From a virus (Duplodnaviria; Caudoviricetes), in IMG/VR virus record IMGVR_UViG_3300005805_000423, positions 1 through 25,971 of that record: a stretch of 25,971 nt of DNA; one strand, given 5' to 3'. This document shows positions 1 to 7,934 of this stretch, piece by piece. Position numbers and translations under genes: made by a program. Within the stretch, counting starts at the first letter, position 1, and each line of letters starts with the position of its first letter. Below the pieces are notes generated by a model. The model did no database searches and was not told the DNA's origin. It saw nothing but the letters and a program-made list of their open reading frames with translations.

Positions 1-36
1 CAACGCCTTAGCGTCGATTGTTCCGAAAATTGCCAT
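1..36 (-). CDS. 5' end of a late gene running off the window (MAIFGTIDAKAL...), probably structural
   Basis: ATG at 36-34, AGAGGAA RBS at 41-47, TATAAATA late promoter at 72-79; only 12 codons visible. Confidence 0.6.
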   Translation of the reverse strand, partial: MAIFGTIDAKAL

Positions 37-71
37 CGGTTTCCTCTATAAAATATTCTTATTCTAAAAAG

Positions 72-79
72 TATTTATA
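72..79 (-). promoter_or_regulatory. T4-type gp55-dependent late promoter TATAAATA
   Basis: Exact T4 late consensus on minus strand, directly after a terminator and upstream of an RBS/ATG. Confidence 0.8.
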
Positions 80-110
80 AAAAAAGGAGACCTTAGTTTT
101 GGTCTCCTTT
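79..110 (-). terminator. Rho-independent terminator
   Basis: 10-bp stem AAAGGAGACC/GGTCTCCTTT, 8-nt loop, T-run on minus strand; the loop contains the stop codon of ORF 93..260. Confidence 0.8.
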
Positions 111-260
111 ATGTTTTAATAGAGCTCTTAGAAATGTTTGAATTAGATCTAAGATTCCATTTGCTTTGATTCTTTTATTTTTTGATAACCATTCAGAGAA
201 TGATAACAAAAATGCCAGAATTATTGTAACACCCCAATTAGTTAATAAGCAAGTGATCAT
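93..260 (-). CDS. 55-aa membrane protein, possible holin-like (MITCLLTNWGVTIILAFLLSFSEWLSKNKRIKANGILDLIQTFLRALLKHKGDQN)
   Basis: Translated by hand (below the ORF-track cutoff); N-terminal hydrophobic helix, amphipathic C-terminal helix; ATGA overlap with upstream ORF. Confidence 0.7.
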   Translation of the reverse strand: MITCLLTNWGVTIILAFLLSFSEWLSKNKRIKANGILDLIQTFLRALLKHKGDQN

Positions 261-430
261 GCTTGTGGTTTAAACATGAGATCTCTTACCATTTCATAGA
301 CAGCATTATCAATGCTGTTATCTGTGCTATCAACATACTTCTTGAGTAGATCTAGCACTAGTTGCTTAACTGCAGGGTGGGTAGCAATTTGAATAAGGAA
401 TGGCTTAATAGCCGCTACTACTGCGCCCAT
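257..430 (-). CDS. 57-aa hypothetical protein (MGAVVAAIKPFLIQIATHPAVKQLVLDLLKKYVDSTDNSIDNAVYEMVRDLMFKPQA)
   Basis: Translated by hand; GGAGG SD at ~436-440; late-promoter variant at 459-465; AVKxLVxDLL..TDNxIDx pattern recalled from small cyanophage proteins. Confidence 0.75.
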   Translation of the reverse strand: MGAVVAAIKPFLIQIATHPAVKQLVLDLLKKYVDSTDNSIDNAVYEMVRDLMFKPQA

Positions 431-458
431 GATGACCTCCGATAAATGGATGACAGCC

Positions 459-465
459 TATTTAG
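459..465 (-). promoter_or_regulatory. Late promoter variant CTAAATA overlapping the stop codon of 462..1199
   Basis: TAAATA core upstream of SD/ATG of 257..430; centred in the inverted repeat CAGCCTA-TT-TAGGCTG (454-469). Confidence 0.55.
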
Positions 466-1199
466 GCTGCTTTCTTTGCCATCGAGGTAGCAGTTCCATA
501 CATCACATCTTTTGCTTTTTCGCCATACTTAGACTTGAAAGATCCAAACTTTTTCTTCATACCTTTGACAAACTTTTCTTTCTTTGCCTTCTCTTTAGCA
601 GAGAGTTTCTTCTCTTCAAGTGACTCAACTTCTTCTTTCTTTAGTTTCTTTTTTACATCATCAGTTGTTTTTCTACCAGTTGGAGGATCCATATCATTAG
701 GAGTATCCACTGTTGGCATGATTTCAATTTCAACTTTCTTACCTTCAGCAACCTCTGCTGCTTTCTCCCACATCTCCTTAACTGACTTCTTGCCTTTTCT
801 AGCACGAAGTAACGCAAAGTCATGTGCGTCTACCTTGCCATTCTTGTTGGCATCAATTTTTTCTTGATTGCCAGGCATATCTTTTCTTTCAGATAAGTCT
901 TCGGTGCCTTCCATTTCGTAACCTGCCTTTACACAATTGTTAACTTCTTTGTCACCTTTGATTTTGGTGCCTTGTTTTTTATATCCTTTCCAGCAAGAAT
1001 CAAAACCATTGTCATCTTTGCCATCTTTCTTAACTTCCATAACAGTTTCTTCAGCACGATTCTGCTTGGAAGAATTGCAATCAGCGTCACCATGCACAGG
1101 GCATGATGCACCTGCGCCAGTATGATTACATGATTCTTTTTCGTCTAACTCAGCAACCACCTTTTCAATCAGGTGTTTTGAAAAATCGTCAATTGTCAT
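462..1199 (-). CDS. 245-aa highly charged modular protein, candidate internal head protein
   Basis: K/E-rich ORF with own TATAAATA promoter; modules C-x-H..CPVHG..C, CWKGYKK..NCV, EF-hand-like DANKNGKVDAHD, C-terminal KYGE..VMYGTAT. Confidence 0.75.
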   Translation of the reverse strand: MTIDDFSKHLIEKVVAELDEKESCNHTGAGASCPVHGDADCNSSKQNRAEETVMEVKKDGKDDNGFDSCWKGYKKQGTKIKGDKEVNNCVKAGYEMEGTEDLSERKDMPGNQEKIDANKNGKVDAHDFALLRARKGKKSVKEMWEKAAEVAEGKKVEIEIMPTVDTPNDMDPPTGRKTTDDVKKKLKKEEVESLEEKKLSAKEKAKKEKFVKGMKKKFGSFKSKYGEKAKDVMYGTATSMAKKAA

Positions 1200-1476
1200 T
1201 GGTCTTTTCTCGTTTATTCTTATTTATAAATTGCTTGACCTTTTCTTTGGCCGACATCTGAGAATGATCACAACCACAATGCTCTTTGATATCTTTCACC
1301 CACGCACGAAACATCTTACCTTCAGAAGTAACAGCGATCACATAGTTAACTCCACGCCTATGAATCTTTCCAACCTCACCCAAATTGTTTTGCACCCAAT
1401 CACCCTCAGCAAACATGTTGCCAAGCATGTAGGATTTTTGTTTGGATTGTAGTAGTAGATCTTTCAGTGATTTCAT
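1189..1476 (-). CDS. 95-aa hypothetical with SH3-like beta-barrel pattern (GDWV..GEVGKIHRRGVNYVI..GKMFRAWVKDI)
   Basis: ORF track; pattern resembles the C-terminal domain I recall from longer cyanophage cytidyltransferases; late promoter variant upstream. Confidence 0.75.
   Translation of the reverse strand: MKSLKDLLLQSKQKSYMLGNMFAEGDWVQNNLGEVGKIHRRGVNYVIAVTSEGKMFRAWVKDIKEHCGCDHSQMSAKEKVKQFINKNKREKTNDN
1221..1228 (-). promoter_or_regulatory. Late promoter TATAAATA for 462..1199
   Basis: Exact consensus ~21 nt upstream of the ATG at 1199, inside the 3' end of ORF 1189..1476. Confidence 0.75.
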
Positions 1477-1489
1477 AGTGTTTTATTGG

Positions 1490-1496
1490 TATTTAG
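1490..1496 (-). promoter_or_regulatory. Late promoter variant CTAAATA overlapping the stop codon of the 609-aa gene
   Basis: TAAATA core 13 nt upstream of the ATG at 1476. Confidence 0.55.
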
Positions 1497-3322
1497 TCTC
1501 TGACCTTAACGTAGGATGAGTTGTAGAAGTAACTCTTTTTAAGTAATCCCGAGTCATCAAAAATTTGTAATCCCTGAGATGATGCATATAAGTACAAGGA
1601 TCTTAAAATGTTATTTTTTATAATAGGTTGAATTTTTTTACTAGTTAAAACCCACCCCAATTCTACAGAAGCAATCTTTGATTTAAAATAATTTCTCAAA
1701 TCCTTATCAGATTTGTTTAAATTATATCCAGTTTGTTTTGAAAGAAATTTAATGTAGTTGCCAAAAAGAATTGGCCATCCTGCATTTGAAGTTACAGCAT
1801 CAATAGATTTATTATCAATAAAGATTTTTCTTGTATTCATATTCACAATATTATCTTCAAATGATTTCCTTGCTTGATCTTGACTAATCCCATTTTTTAT
1901 CATCCATCGGAGATAATTTTTTCTTGATTGCTTTAGCATATTTCCCACCGTAGGACTAGTCATATCAATTATCATAGCTGCTGGGCCTACAGAAATTTTA
2001 CCATGTTTAGCAGAAGATCCATCAGCACCCAATTCAAACTGAACATTTTCACCAACGTTAAAGTTTCTACAATCAAAAAAGTATGAACTTTTTTTCTTAG
2101 TAGTTTGCGATGTGCCAGCAACCTCCATAGTATAAACAGCGTCAAAGTGAATGTAAATTTTTGCAGCAGTAACTGCCCAATCAACTCTGATATTTTCAAC
2201 ATCAACCGTAAAGTTTTCTATAGACGGATTTGATATCAAATCAACTCTAACATTATTCAAAGCTTTTTTTAATGAAATTGGAATAAGATTACCACTAATA
2301 AGTTGTTCATGTATCCAAGAATTATATCGTGTCAATTCAGCCATATCTTGTTGAACTTTTATATCCGATGGTGCTACACGCTTTGCCCCAACAAATTTTT
2401 TGTAATCTTTCTGATCATCAGCAAAAAATCCCATAGTAGTAGTTCGTAATTCTGCTTTATTGAGATTTTTTGATACAGCAAAAATATCTGCTGGATTCCA
2501 TTTGTCATCAACAGACGATCCATAGTTTTTTACATCATTTGATACATTGTGTAATTGTCTCAAATAACCCTGCAAAAGGTTATTGAATTTTGTAGACCAT
2601 TTAGTTTTAAACCATTTTATTTGTGGAGCTCCTCCAAAATAAAAATCATAATTAACTCCAGATTTTAAATATGGAGATTGGTATAAGGCATTTGCTACAT
2701 TAACACTAGATGTTACCCATTCTTTGTTAGAGATTCCATATTCATAAACTTTCTCTTGCTCTTTCTGACTGACAACATTTTGAGTAATTACTTGACGCAC
2801 TTTAGTATCACCATTTTTGCCATTGAGAAGAAATTGCCTAAACTCAGCATCCGTTATATTCTTTCCAATATCTTGCCTAAAGGCCAAAGCATAACAAGTT
2901 AGAGTTTCCGTCCAATCAGATTCTTTTCCTTCGTATTTTGTTGTTACTCCTCCCCTTCCAGATATAACTTGTTTACCTATTTTATTTAAAGATAATACTT
3001 CTATTTTTTTAGGATCCGTTATACTCTGATATTCAATATCTTTAAATGGATACCTACTAAGTGTTTTACTGTCTTTAGGTCCAGTGGGAAGTTGTCTGAA
3101 TAAATCATGTAAGATATCTTTATCATAAACATCCATTCCCCACGTTACTAAATCATCATAAATTTCAAGTATTCGTTTTACTTTTTCTCCATCTTTATAA
3201 ATTCTTCTAGTAGCAACTTGTTCATCTGTGAAAGGAACCTCTGCACCCTCCCTCATAAGTTCAATAAATTTTTCCAAGTATTTTGGTTTTTCAATAACTT
3301 CACGAATAGCTACAGCTGTCAT
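1493..3322 (-). CDS. 609-aa AT-rich protein, putative PD-(D/E)xK-like nuclease
   Basis: Long ORF; motifs WTETLTC, DKWNPADIFAV and LIPISLKK fit an E..PxD..(S)xK restriction-like core; ATGA coupling to upstream gene. The ORF is confident, the function is inference. Confidence 0.6.
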   Translation of the reverse strand: MTAVAIREVIEKPKYLEKFIELMREGAEVPFTDEQVATRRIYKDGEKVKRILEIYDDLVTWGMDVYDKDILHDLFRQLPTGPKDSKTLSRYPFKDIEYQSITDPKKIEVLSLNKIGKQVISGRGGVTTKYEGKESDWTETLTCYALAFRQDIGKNITDAEFRQFLLNGKNGDTKVRQVITQNVVSQKEQEKVYEYGISNKEWVTSSVNVANALYQSPYLKSGVNYDFYFGGAPQIKWFKTKWSTKFNNLLQGYLRQLHNVSNDVKNYGSSVDDKWNPADIFAVSKNLNKAELRTTTMGFFADDQKDYKKFVGAKRVAPSDIKVQQDMAELTRYNSWIHEQLISGNLIPISLKKALNNVRVDLISNPSIENFTVDVENIRVDWAVTAAKIYIHFDAVYTMEVAGTSQTTKKKSSYFFDCRNFNVGENVQFELGADGSSAKHGKISVGPAAMIIDMTSPTVGNMLKQSRKNYLRWMIKNGISQDQARKSFEDNIVNMNTRKIFIDNKSIDAVTSNAGWPILFGNYIKFLSKQTGYNLNKSDKDLRNYFKSKIASVELGWVLTSKKIQPIIKNNILRSLYLYASSQGLQIFDDSGLLKKSYFYNSSYVKVRD

Positions 3323-3873
3323 GGTAGGTTCTCCTTTACTGCGTTAAACAATCTAGTTTTAAATTCTTTATTTCTTTTTACACTAGTAGGTAATCCAGAA
3401 ACATAAGTTTTTATATCCATCTCTGAAATTGCCTTTCTCATTTTACTTGCAGACATACCAGAAACATCATCTGCATCTGGGTCGCGCTCTCCTGCTGATA
3501 CAGTTTCTAACTTTCTGAAAGTATATTCTTTCTCGTTATACTTTTGTATCAACGAATCCATTTCTTGCACACGGTCACTTCCAACAACCAGTGTAACGTC
3601 AGCATACTCACCTTGCAAGCTCTGTAACACATGTATGATTGTTTTCAGGGTATTATCATACATGATATTTTTTTTGTGAATAGGAAACATTTCTTTCATA
3701 AACTCTACCTTCACATCGGAAGGTAGAGGATTCTTTCCTTTCTTGTCTTGTGAATGACTAGTATAAATTTTATAGTCATCCGTGCCTGCTGCTTTCTTCA
3801 CAGCATCCAATAGTTTTTCGTGCCCCGTAGTCGGTGGATTGAATCTACCAAACGTGATGACTACTCGTTTCAT
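3319..3873 (-). CDS. Cytidyltransferase-family (HxGH/HIGH) nucleotidyltransferase
   Basis: TFGRFNPPTTGHEKL, KNPL, VVGSDR, SAGERDPD, MSASKMR motifs typical of T4-like phage cytidyltransferases. Confidence 0.88.
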   Translation of the reverse strand: MKRVVITFGRFNPPTTGHEKLLDAVKKAAGTDDYKIYTSHSQDKKGKNPLPSDVKVEFMKEMFPIHKKNIMYDNTLKTIIHVLQSLQGEYADVTLVVGSDRVQEMDSLIQKYNEKEYTFRKLETVSAGERDPDADDVSGMSASKMRKAISEMDIKTYVSGLPTSVKRNKEFKTRLFNAVKENLP

Positions 3874-5081
3874 TAGTCTCCCTTAACCCAGTTTTTGTCT
3901 ATAGTAAAGTTGGCAACACTAAACTCTAAACGGTCAACCAGTTTGGTAGCAGCACCATCTTTGATTGCTACGAATCCTTCAGGTGCGGTAACTTTAAATC
4001 CATGCTCAGTGCGAAGGAAGGTGCGAGTGGCATCATTTGATTCCAACTTTTTAACGAAGAAGAGTTTGGCGTTGCTGATAGTATTATATAGAATTACCAT
4101 CTTTTTAAACGCTTCCATGTTGTTGTCAATCAATTCCATGCCATCATAAAGCTTCTTGAGTTTTGCTGCTTTGGTCTTCGCCATCTTTGCTTTATCAACT
4201 TCTTTCATCACCACACCTTCAAAGTATTTCTTGAAGTTGTTGATGAATCCAGGCACGTTGCTAACCTTCTTACCTTCACGCACATAAGTGTTGAAGTAAG
4301 TTTTGAGGCGAGGGCCAACAGAAAGATTATCTTTCGATTCAATCAGAGCAGCAATTTCATTGAGAAGTTTTTTGCAACCAGGCAAAGTGCGTTGTGCAAC
4401 TTTCTTCATGTTATTGAGAGTGCGTTTCTCCTGTGCATTTAATAACACATTAGATCCAAGAGTGCCCACCTCTGCACTGATAACAAAGATGTCATCATTT
4501 TTAGCAAACTTAGAAACGTCAACACCAAAGGTTGCACTGGATTCAGCAATGCTGTTGCCAACATAGCGAGTGTGAAACACTACGCCAATCTTTGCTCGCT
4601 TTGCTTTTTCGTATGCAGGGGTGCCTTTGGGAATAGCATAGGTGATGGTGTTGGGAGTAAAAGTGAAATACTCTTTACCATCAATCTTAGCATCCTTACC
4701 ATCATCAGTAAACAGCAAGTCTCCCTGTACGATTCCCTTGATTTTCAGTTTGGGAAAATACTCAAGTGCTACTTTCAGTTTCTCAACCAGACCAGGAGCA
4801 TGACCATGATTAGTTTCTATATCACCAACAGTATAATTGATCTTTCCATCTTTGTTGAATACCGATTTGGTGCCAACAAAAAATTGTTTATACTCTGGAT
4901 CGATACCACAGATCACAGCAGGAGCACCATCCCACTTAGTCGTAATTTTAAAGTTGCTGGTTTGAGTGCCACTGAAAGTTTTGGTGAGCTGATCAAGGAA
5001 TGCAAACGCATCAATAGCACCCTGCTCGCCATCGAACAGGATGCTGTCTTCCAAGTGCTCTAGGTGCGTGTTCTTGCTCAT
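3873..5081 (-). CDS. Conserved T4-like phage protein (DUF6267-like) with ATP-dependent ligase/nucleotidyltransferase-like motifs
   Basis: HLEHLED N-terminus, TTKWDGAPA (motif I KxDG), QGDLLF (III-like), PEGFVA (IV), KLVDR (V). Confidence 0.75.
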   Translation of the reverse strand: MSKNTHLEHLEDSILFDGEQGAIDAFAFLDQLTKTFSGTQTSNFKITTKWDGAPAVICGIDPEYKQFFVGTKSVFNKDGKINYTVGDIETNHGHAPGLVEKLKVALEYFPKLKIKGIVQGDLLFTDDGKDAKIDGKEYFTFTPNTITYAIPKGTPAYEKAKRAKIGVVFHTRYVGNSIAESSATFGVDVSKFAKNDDIFVISAEVGTLGSNVLLNAQEKRTLNNMKKVAQRTLPGCKKLLNEIAALIESKDNLSVGPRLKTYFNTYVREGKKVSNVPGFINNFKKYFEGVVMKEVDKAKMAKTKAAKLKKLYDGMELIDNNMEAFKKMVILYNTISNAKLFFVKKLESNDATRTFLRTEHGFKVTAPEGFVAIKDGAATKLVDRLEFSVANFTIDKNWVKGD

Positions 5082-5088
5082 ACTAGAA

Positions 5089-5117
5089 AGGGATCCCCCT
5101 TTATTTAGGAGACCCCT
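5089..5117 (-). terminator. Hairpin after mazG (terminator or RBS-occluding) with CTAAATA late promoter across its loop
   Basis: AGGGGTCTCC-TAAATAAA-GGGGGATCCCT (with G-U pairs) followed by TTCT; CTAAATA at 5102-5108. Confidence 0.55.
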
Positions 5118-5129
5118 ATCATAGCATAC

Positions 5130-5534
5130 TTACAGGTCGTTGGCGACTCGGTTTTCACTTCGCTCAATGCTGAAGGCACCCTCAGGATATCGTGCCGTCA
5201 GTTTTTCAAAATTCATCTGAGCGATCTCTTCAAACGAAATGTCAAGAGCGATACATGCCTGAGCGATATACCAGAGAATATCTCCCAACTCTCGTTTCAT
5301 ATGGAAGATGTTATCTTCGCTGTAAGGTTTACCTTGAAAAGCAATCTTCTTTACGATCTCAGTAAACTCACCACCTTCAGCAGTGATACCAGCGGCAGCA
5401 GTGAGAAGACGCTGAATGTCTGCACCCTGAGATTTTAATTCATTTACGCGAGCAACAAACTCTTCAGTGTTGCGTGAGGCAGGGCTGGTGACGGCACCAA
5501 CGAATTCAATATACTTATCGAAATCAATAGTCAT
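5130..5534 (-). CDS. mazG: MazG nucleotide pyrophosphohydrolase
   Basis: LLTAAAGITAEGGEFTEIVKK..FQGKP..ELGDILWY; EXXE..EXXD motif; position after g41. Confidence 0.93.
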   Translation of the reverse strand: MTIDFDKYIEFVGAVTSPASRNTEEFVARVNELKSQGADIQRLLTAAAGITAEGGEFTEIVKKIAFQGKPYSEDNIFHMKRELGDILWYIAQACIALDISFEEIAQMNFEKLTARYPEGAFSIERSENRVANDL

Positions 5535-6913
5535 AGAATAAAACTGGTAAATTTGTTTTGTGTTTTTTTACTTTGCTCTGCTGCCATTTCCTCAAAGTCA
5601 TACTCTTCTTCTTTGTCAGAAGATAGATCAACAGCGTTGTCTACATTATACAACTTCATTCTCGCTCTGTCAACACCAACCAAGAATCTCTTATACATCG
5701 TAGGATCGTTATAACGATTCTTCAATTGCTTCACCATGATCTTGCCATCTTTCTCCAGATCCTCTGTAGCGATGAGAGCAAACATAAAGTCAGCAGTAGC
5801 TGGCAGACCAAAAGATTCACTGGTATCAGTGAGATCGACATCACTATTGCCAAACCCAGACCTTGTAGTTTGTGTAGCAGTGACAAGTGGTACATTGTGC
5901 TCAACTGCCAATCCTCTAAGCTCTTCTGCGATTGCCTTGACATAAGTGTATGAGTTTACGATTGCTCCTTTATATCGAGCAGAAGCACAGATGTTAAGGT
6001 AGTCAATAAAGATGATATCAGGTTTAAATGTTTTCTTGAGTTGCAATTCATTGAGCAAAGATTTGAAATGCCCAACGTGTGCTGATGCTGTAGGGTATTC
6101 TTTGATGATAAGACGACCAGCAGTTTTACGCTTCAACTCATTAATGCGACTCTGGAAGATTGTCTCAGGCAAATCAATCAGGTCTTTGATGTTGACGTTG
6201 AATAGGTTAGCATCAATACGCTCAGCGATCTTTTCCTCTGCCATTTCCATTGTGATGTAAAGCACGTTGCGACCCATTGATAGACAATGAGCAGCATAGT
6301 CACACATAAACAATGACTTACCAACACCAGTGCCAGCAAGAGCAACGTTAAGTGTTTTGTTTGGTAGACCACCTTTGGTAATCTTATTGAAGTATTCTAG
6401 ATGGAAAGGAATCTTCTCTTCGGTCAAATGGTAAAAAGCATAACGCTCTACACTATTCTCTAGATAATCGTGACCTACATGCTCGTCGAAAGAAACTGCC
6501 AGGGCCTCTTGAAGGATTGCTGGGATCGCATCTTTTGAAATCTTTTGATTGCCTCCATCCGCGATCTTGATTGACTCAAGAAGGGCGAGGTAGATTGCTC
6601 TGTCTTTACACCACTTCTCTGTGGTGTCGAGCACCCAGTTGTATTCGACTGGCGCATCACTAAGCTCAGAAATTGTTTTAACTGCGTTTTGATATACTTC
6701 CTCATTTAAATCTTTCCTACTTTCAAGGTTAATTATTAATACTTCTTTCGTAGGCACTAACTCATAGTTGCTAGCAAAATTCCAAACTTCTTCATAGATC
6801 ACACGCTCATGAATCTCATTGAAGTAATCTGGTTTTACAAAAGGCACAACCTTCCTGTAAAACTGCTCGTTACAGAGAAGGTTGCGTAGTATAGTTGTCT
6901 CAATTCTCTCCAT
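5531..6913 (-). CDS. g41: Replicative DNA helicase gp41 (DnaB-like)
   Basis: Walker [41 protein letters not shown]. Confidence 0.96.
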   Translation of the reverse strand: MERIETTILRNLLCNEQFYRKVVPFVKPDYFNEIHERVIYEEVWNFASNYELVPTKEVLIINLESRKDLNEEVYQNAVKTISELSDAPVEYNWVLDTTEKWCKDRAIYLALLESIKIADGGNQKISKDAIPAILQEALAVSFDEHVGHDYLENSVERYAFYHLTEEKIPFHLEYFNKITKGGLPNKTLNVALAGTGVGKSLFMCDYAAHCLSMGRNVLYITMEMAEEKIAERIDANLFNVNIKDLIDLPETIFQSRINELKRKTAGRLIIKEYPTASAHVGHFKSLLNELQLKKTFKPDIIFIDYLNICASARYKGAIVNSYTYVKAIAEELRGLAVEHNVPLVTATQTTRSGFGNSDVDLTDTSESFGLPATADFMFALIATEDLEKDGKIMVKQLKNRYNDPTMYKRFLVGVDRARMKLYNVDNAVDLSSDKEEEYDFEEMAAEQSKKTQNKFTSFIL

Positions 6914-7928
6914 CCGCTACTCCATATAGAAACTCTTTGTGGGCACATTCATCTAACGCTTGCATTATTTCGGGCGTGAAATACTTCTCAGGATCGGCAA
7001 GAATAACAGAAGGATAAACGGAAGATTCCCCAACAACCACGCGATTCCCCTTACGGGCGAATACTCCGTACTTCTCACCCAACTCCAGTAATCCATAATA
7101 CTTATCCAATCCCCTTGCGTCATAGAATAACCTCGTTTCTATATCTGAGTTTTCTTTAGTGAATCGAGACTTCTGCGCTTTCACTTTAATAATATTACCT
7201 ACGACTTCCGTGCCATCTTTCTCTTTCTTCTTAGACAAGAAGAGAATAGTTGAGGCAGAATATTTGAGACCACTACCACCACCCATTTCTTTAGTTGGCA
7301 CATAAGCACCCACCACTTCATATGTATGATTGGTAACGATTAGAGGAATGCCAGCTTGCCCAAGTTTCAGTGACAGAATCCTAAAGATAGATTTAATCAC
7401 CTGAGCACGGGTCATGTCTCTGGTTTCTTTACCATCAGTGGCATCCTGCACTTCCTTAGAAGTTGAAAGCATCCCCAAAGAGTCTAGCACAAACAGCAAA
7501 GGTGGTCGATCATCTTTCTTCAGTTTCATATACTCATCTACCACCTTGATAGATTGTGTGCGAAACTCTTGCACAGTTGTGACAGGCACAAGACCTACAC
7601 GCTTGACATCAATGCCACGCGAAACCATCATGTCTTTAGAGACAGCAGATTCAGTCTCAAAATAAATTACCTGAGCATCAGGATTGTTATTCAGAAAGTT
7701 TTTGCAGATGGAGAGAGCGAAGAATGTTTTACCTGTACTGGATTCTCCCGCGAGTGCAGTGATTTTATTTGATGGGAGACCACCGTATATACTGCCGCTG
7801 ATAAGAGCATTGAGTATAAAACTACCAGTATCCACATACGAATCGCAATCGCCTGCGGCGACGCCATCCTCCACAACTGAAGCAAATTCATTATCTAACT
7901 CCTTAATAACTGATTGTAAAAAACTCAT
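6900..7928 (-). CDS. uvsX: UvsX RecA-like recombinase
   Basis: [31 protein letters not shown]. Confidence 0.96.
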   Translation of the reverse strand: MSFLQSVIKELDNEFASVVEDGVAAGDCDSYVDTGSFILNALISGSIYGGLPSNKITALAGESSTGKTFFALSICKNFLNNNPDAQVIYFETESAVSKDMMVSRGIDVKRVGLVPVTTVQEFRTQSIKVVDEYMKLKKDDRPPLLFVLDSLGMLSTSKEVQDATDGKETRDMTRAQVIKSIFRILSLKLGQAGIPLIVTNHTYEVVGAYVPTKEMGGGSGLKYSASTILFLSKKKEKDGTEVVGNIIKVKAQKSRFTKENSDIETRLFYDARGLDKYYGLLELGEKYGVFARKGNRVVVGESSVYPSVILADPEKYFTPEIMQALDECAHKEFLYGVADGEN

Positions 7929-7934
7929 AATACC

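Noticed and set aside
5130-5534. mazG, hsp20 and cobS as novel auxiliary genes
   Set aside because: Their presence is standard in T4-like cyanophages; only their regulation and context are flagged.
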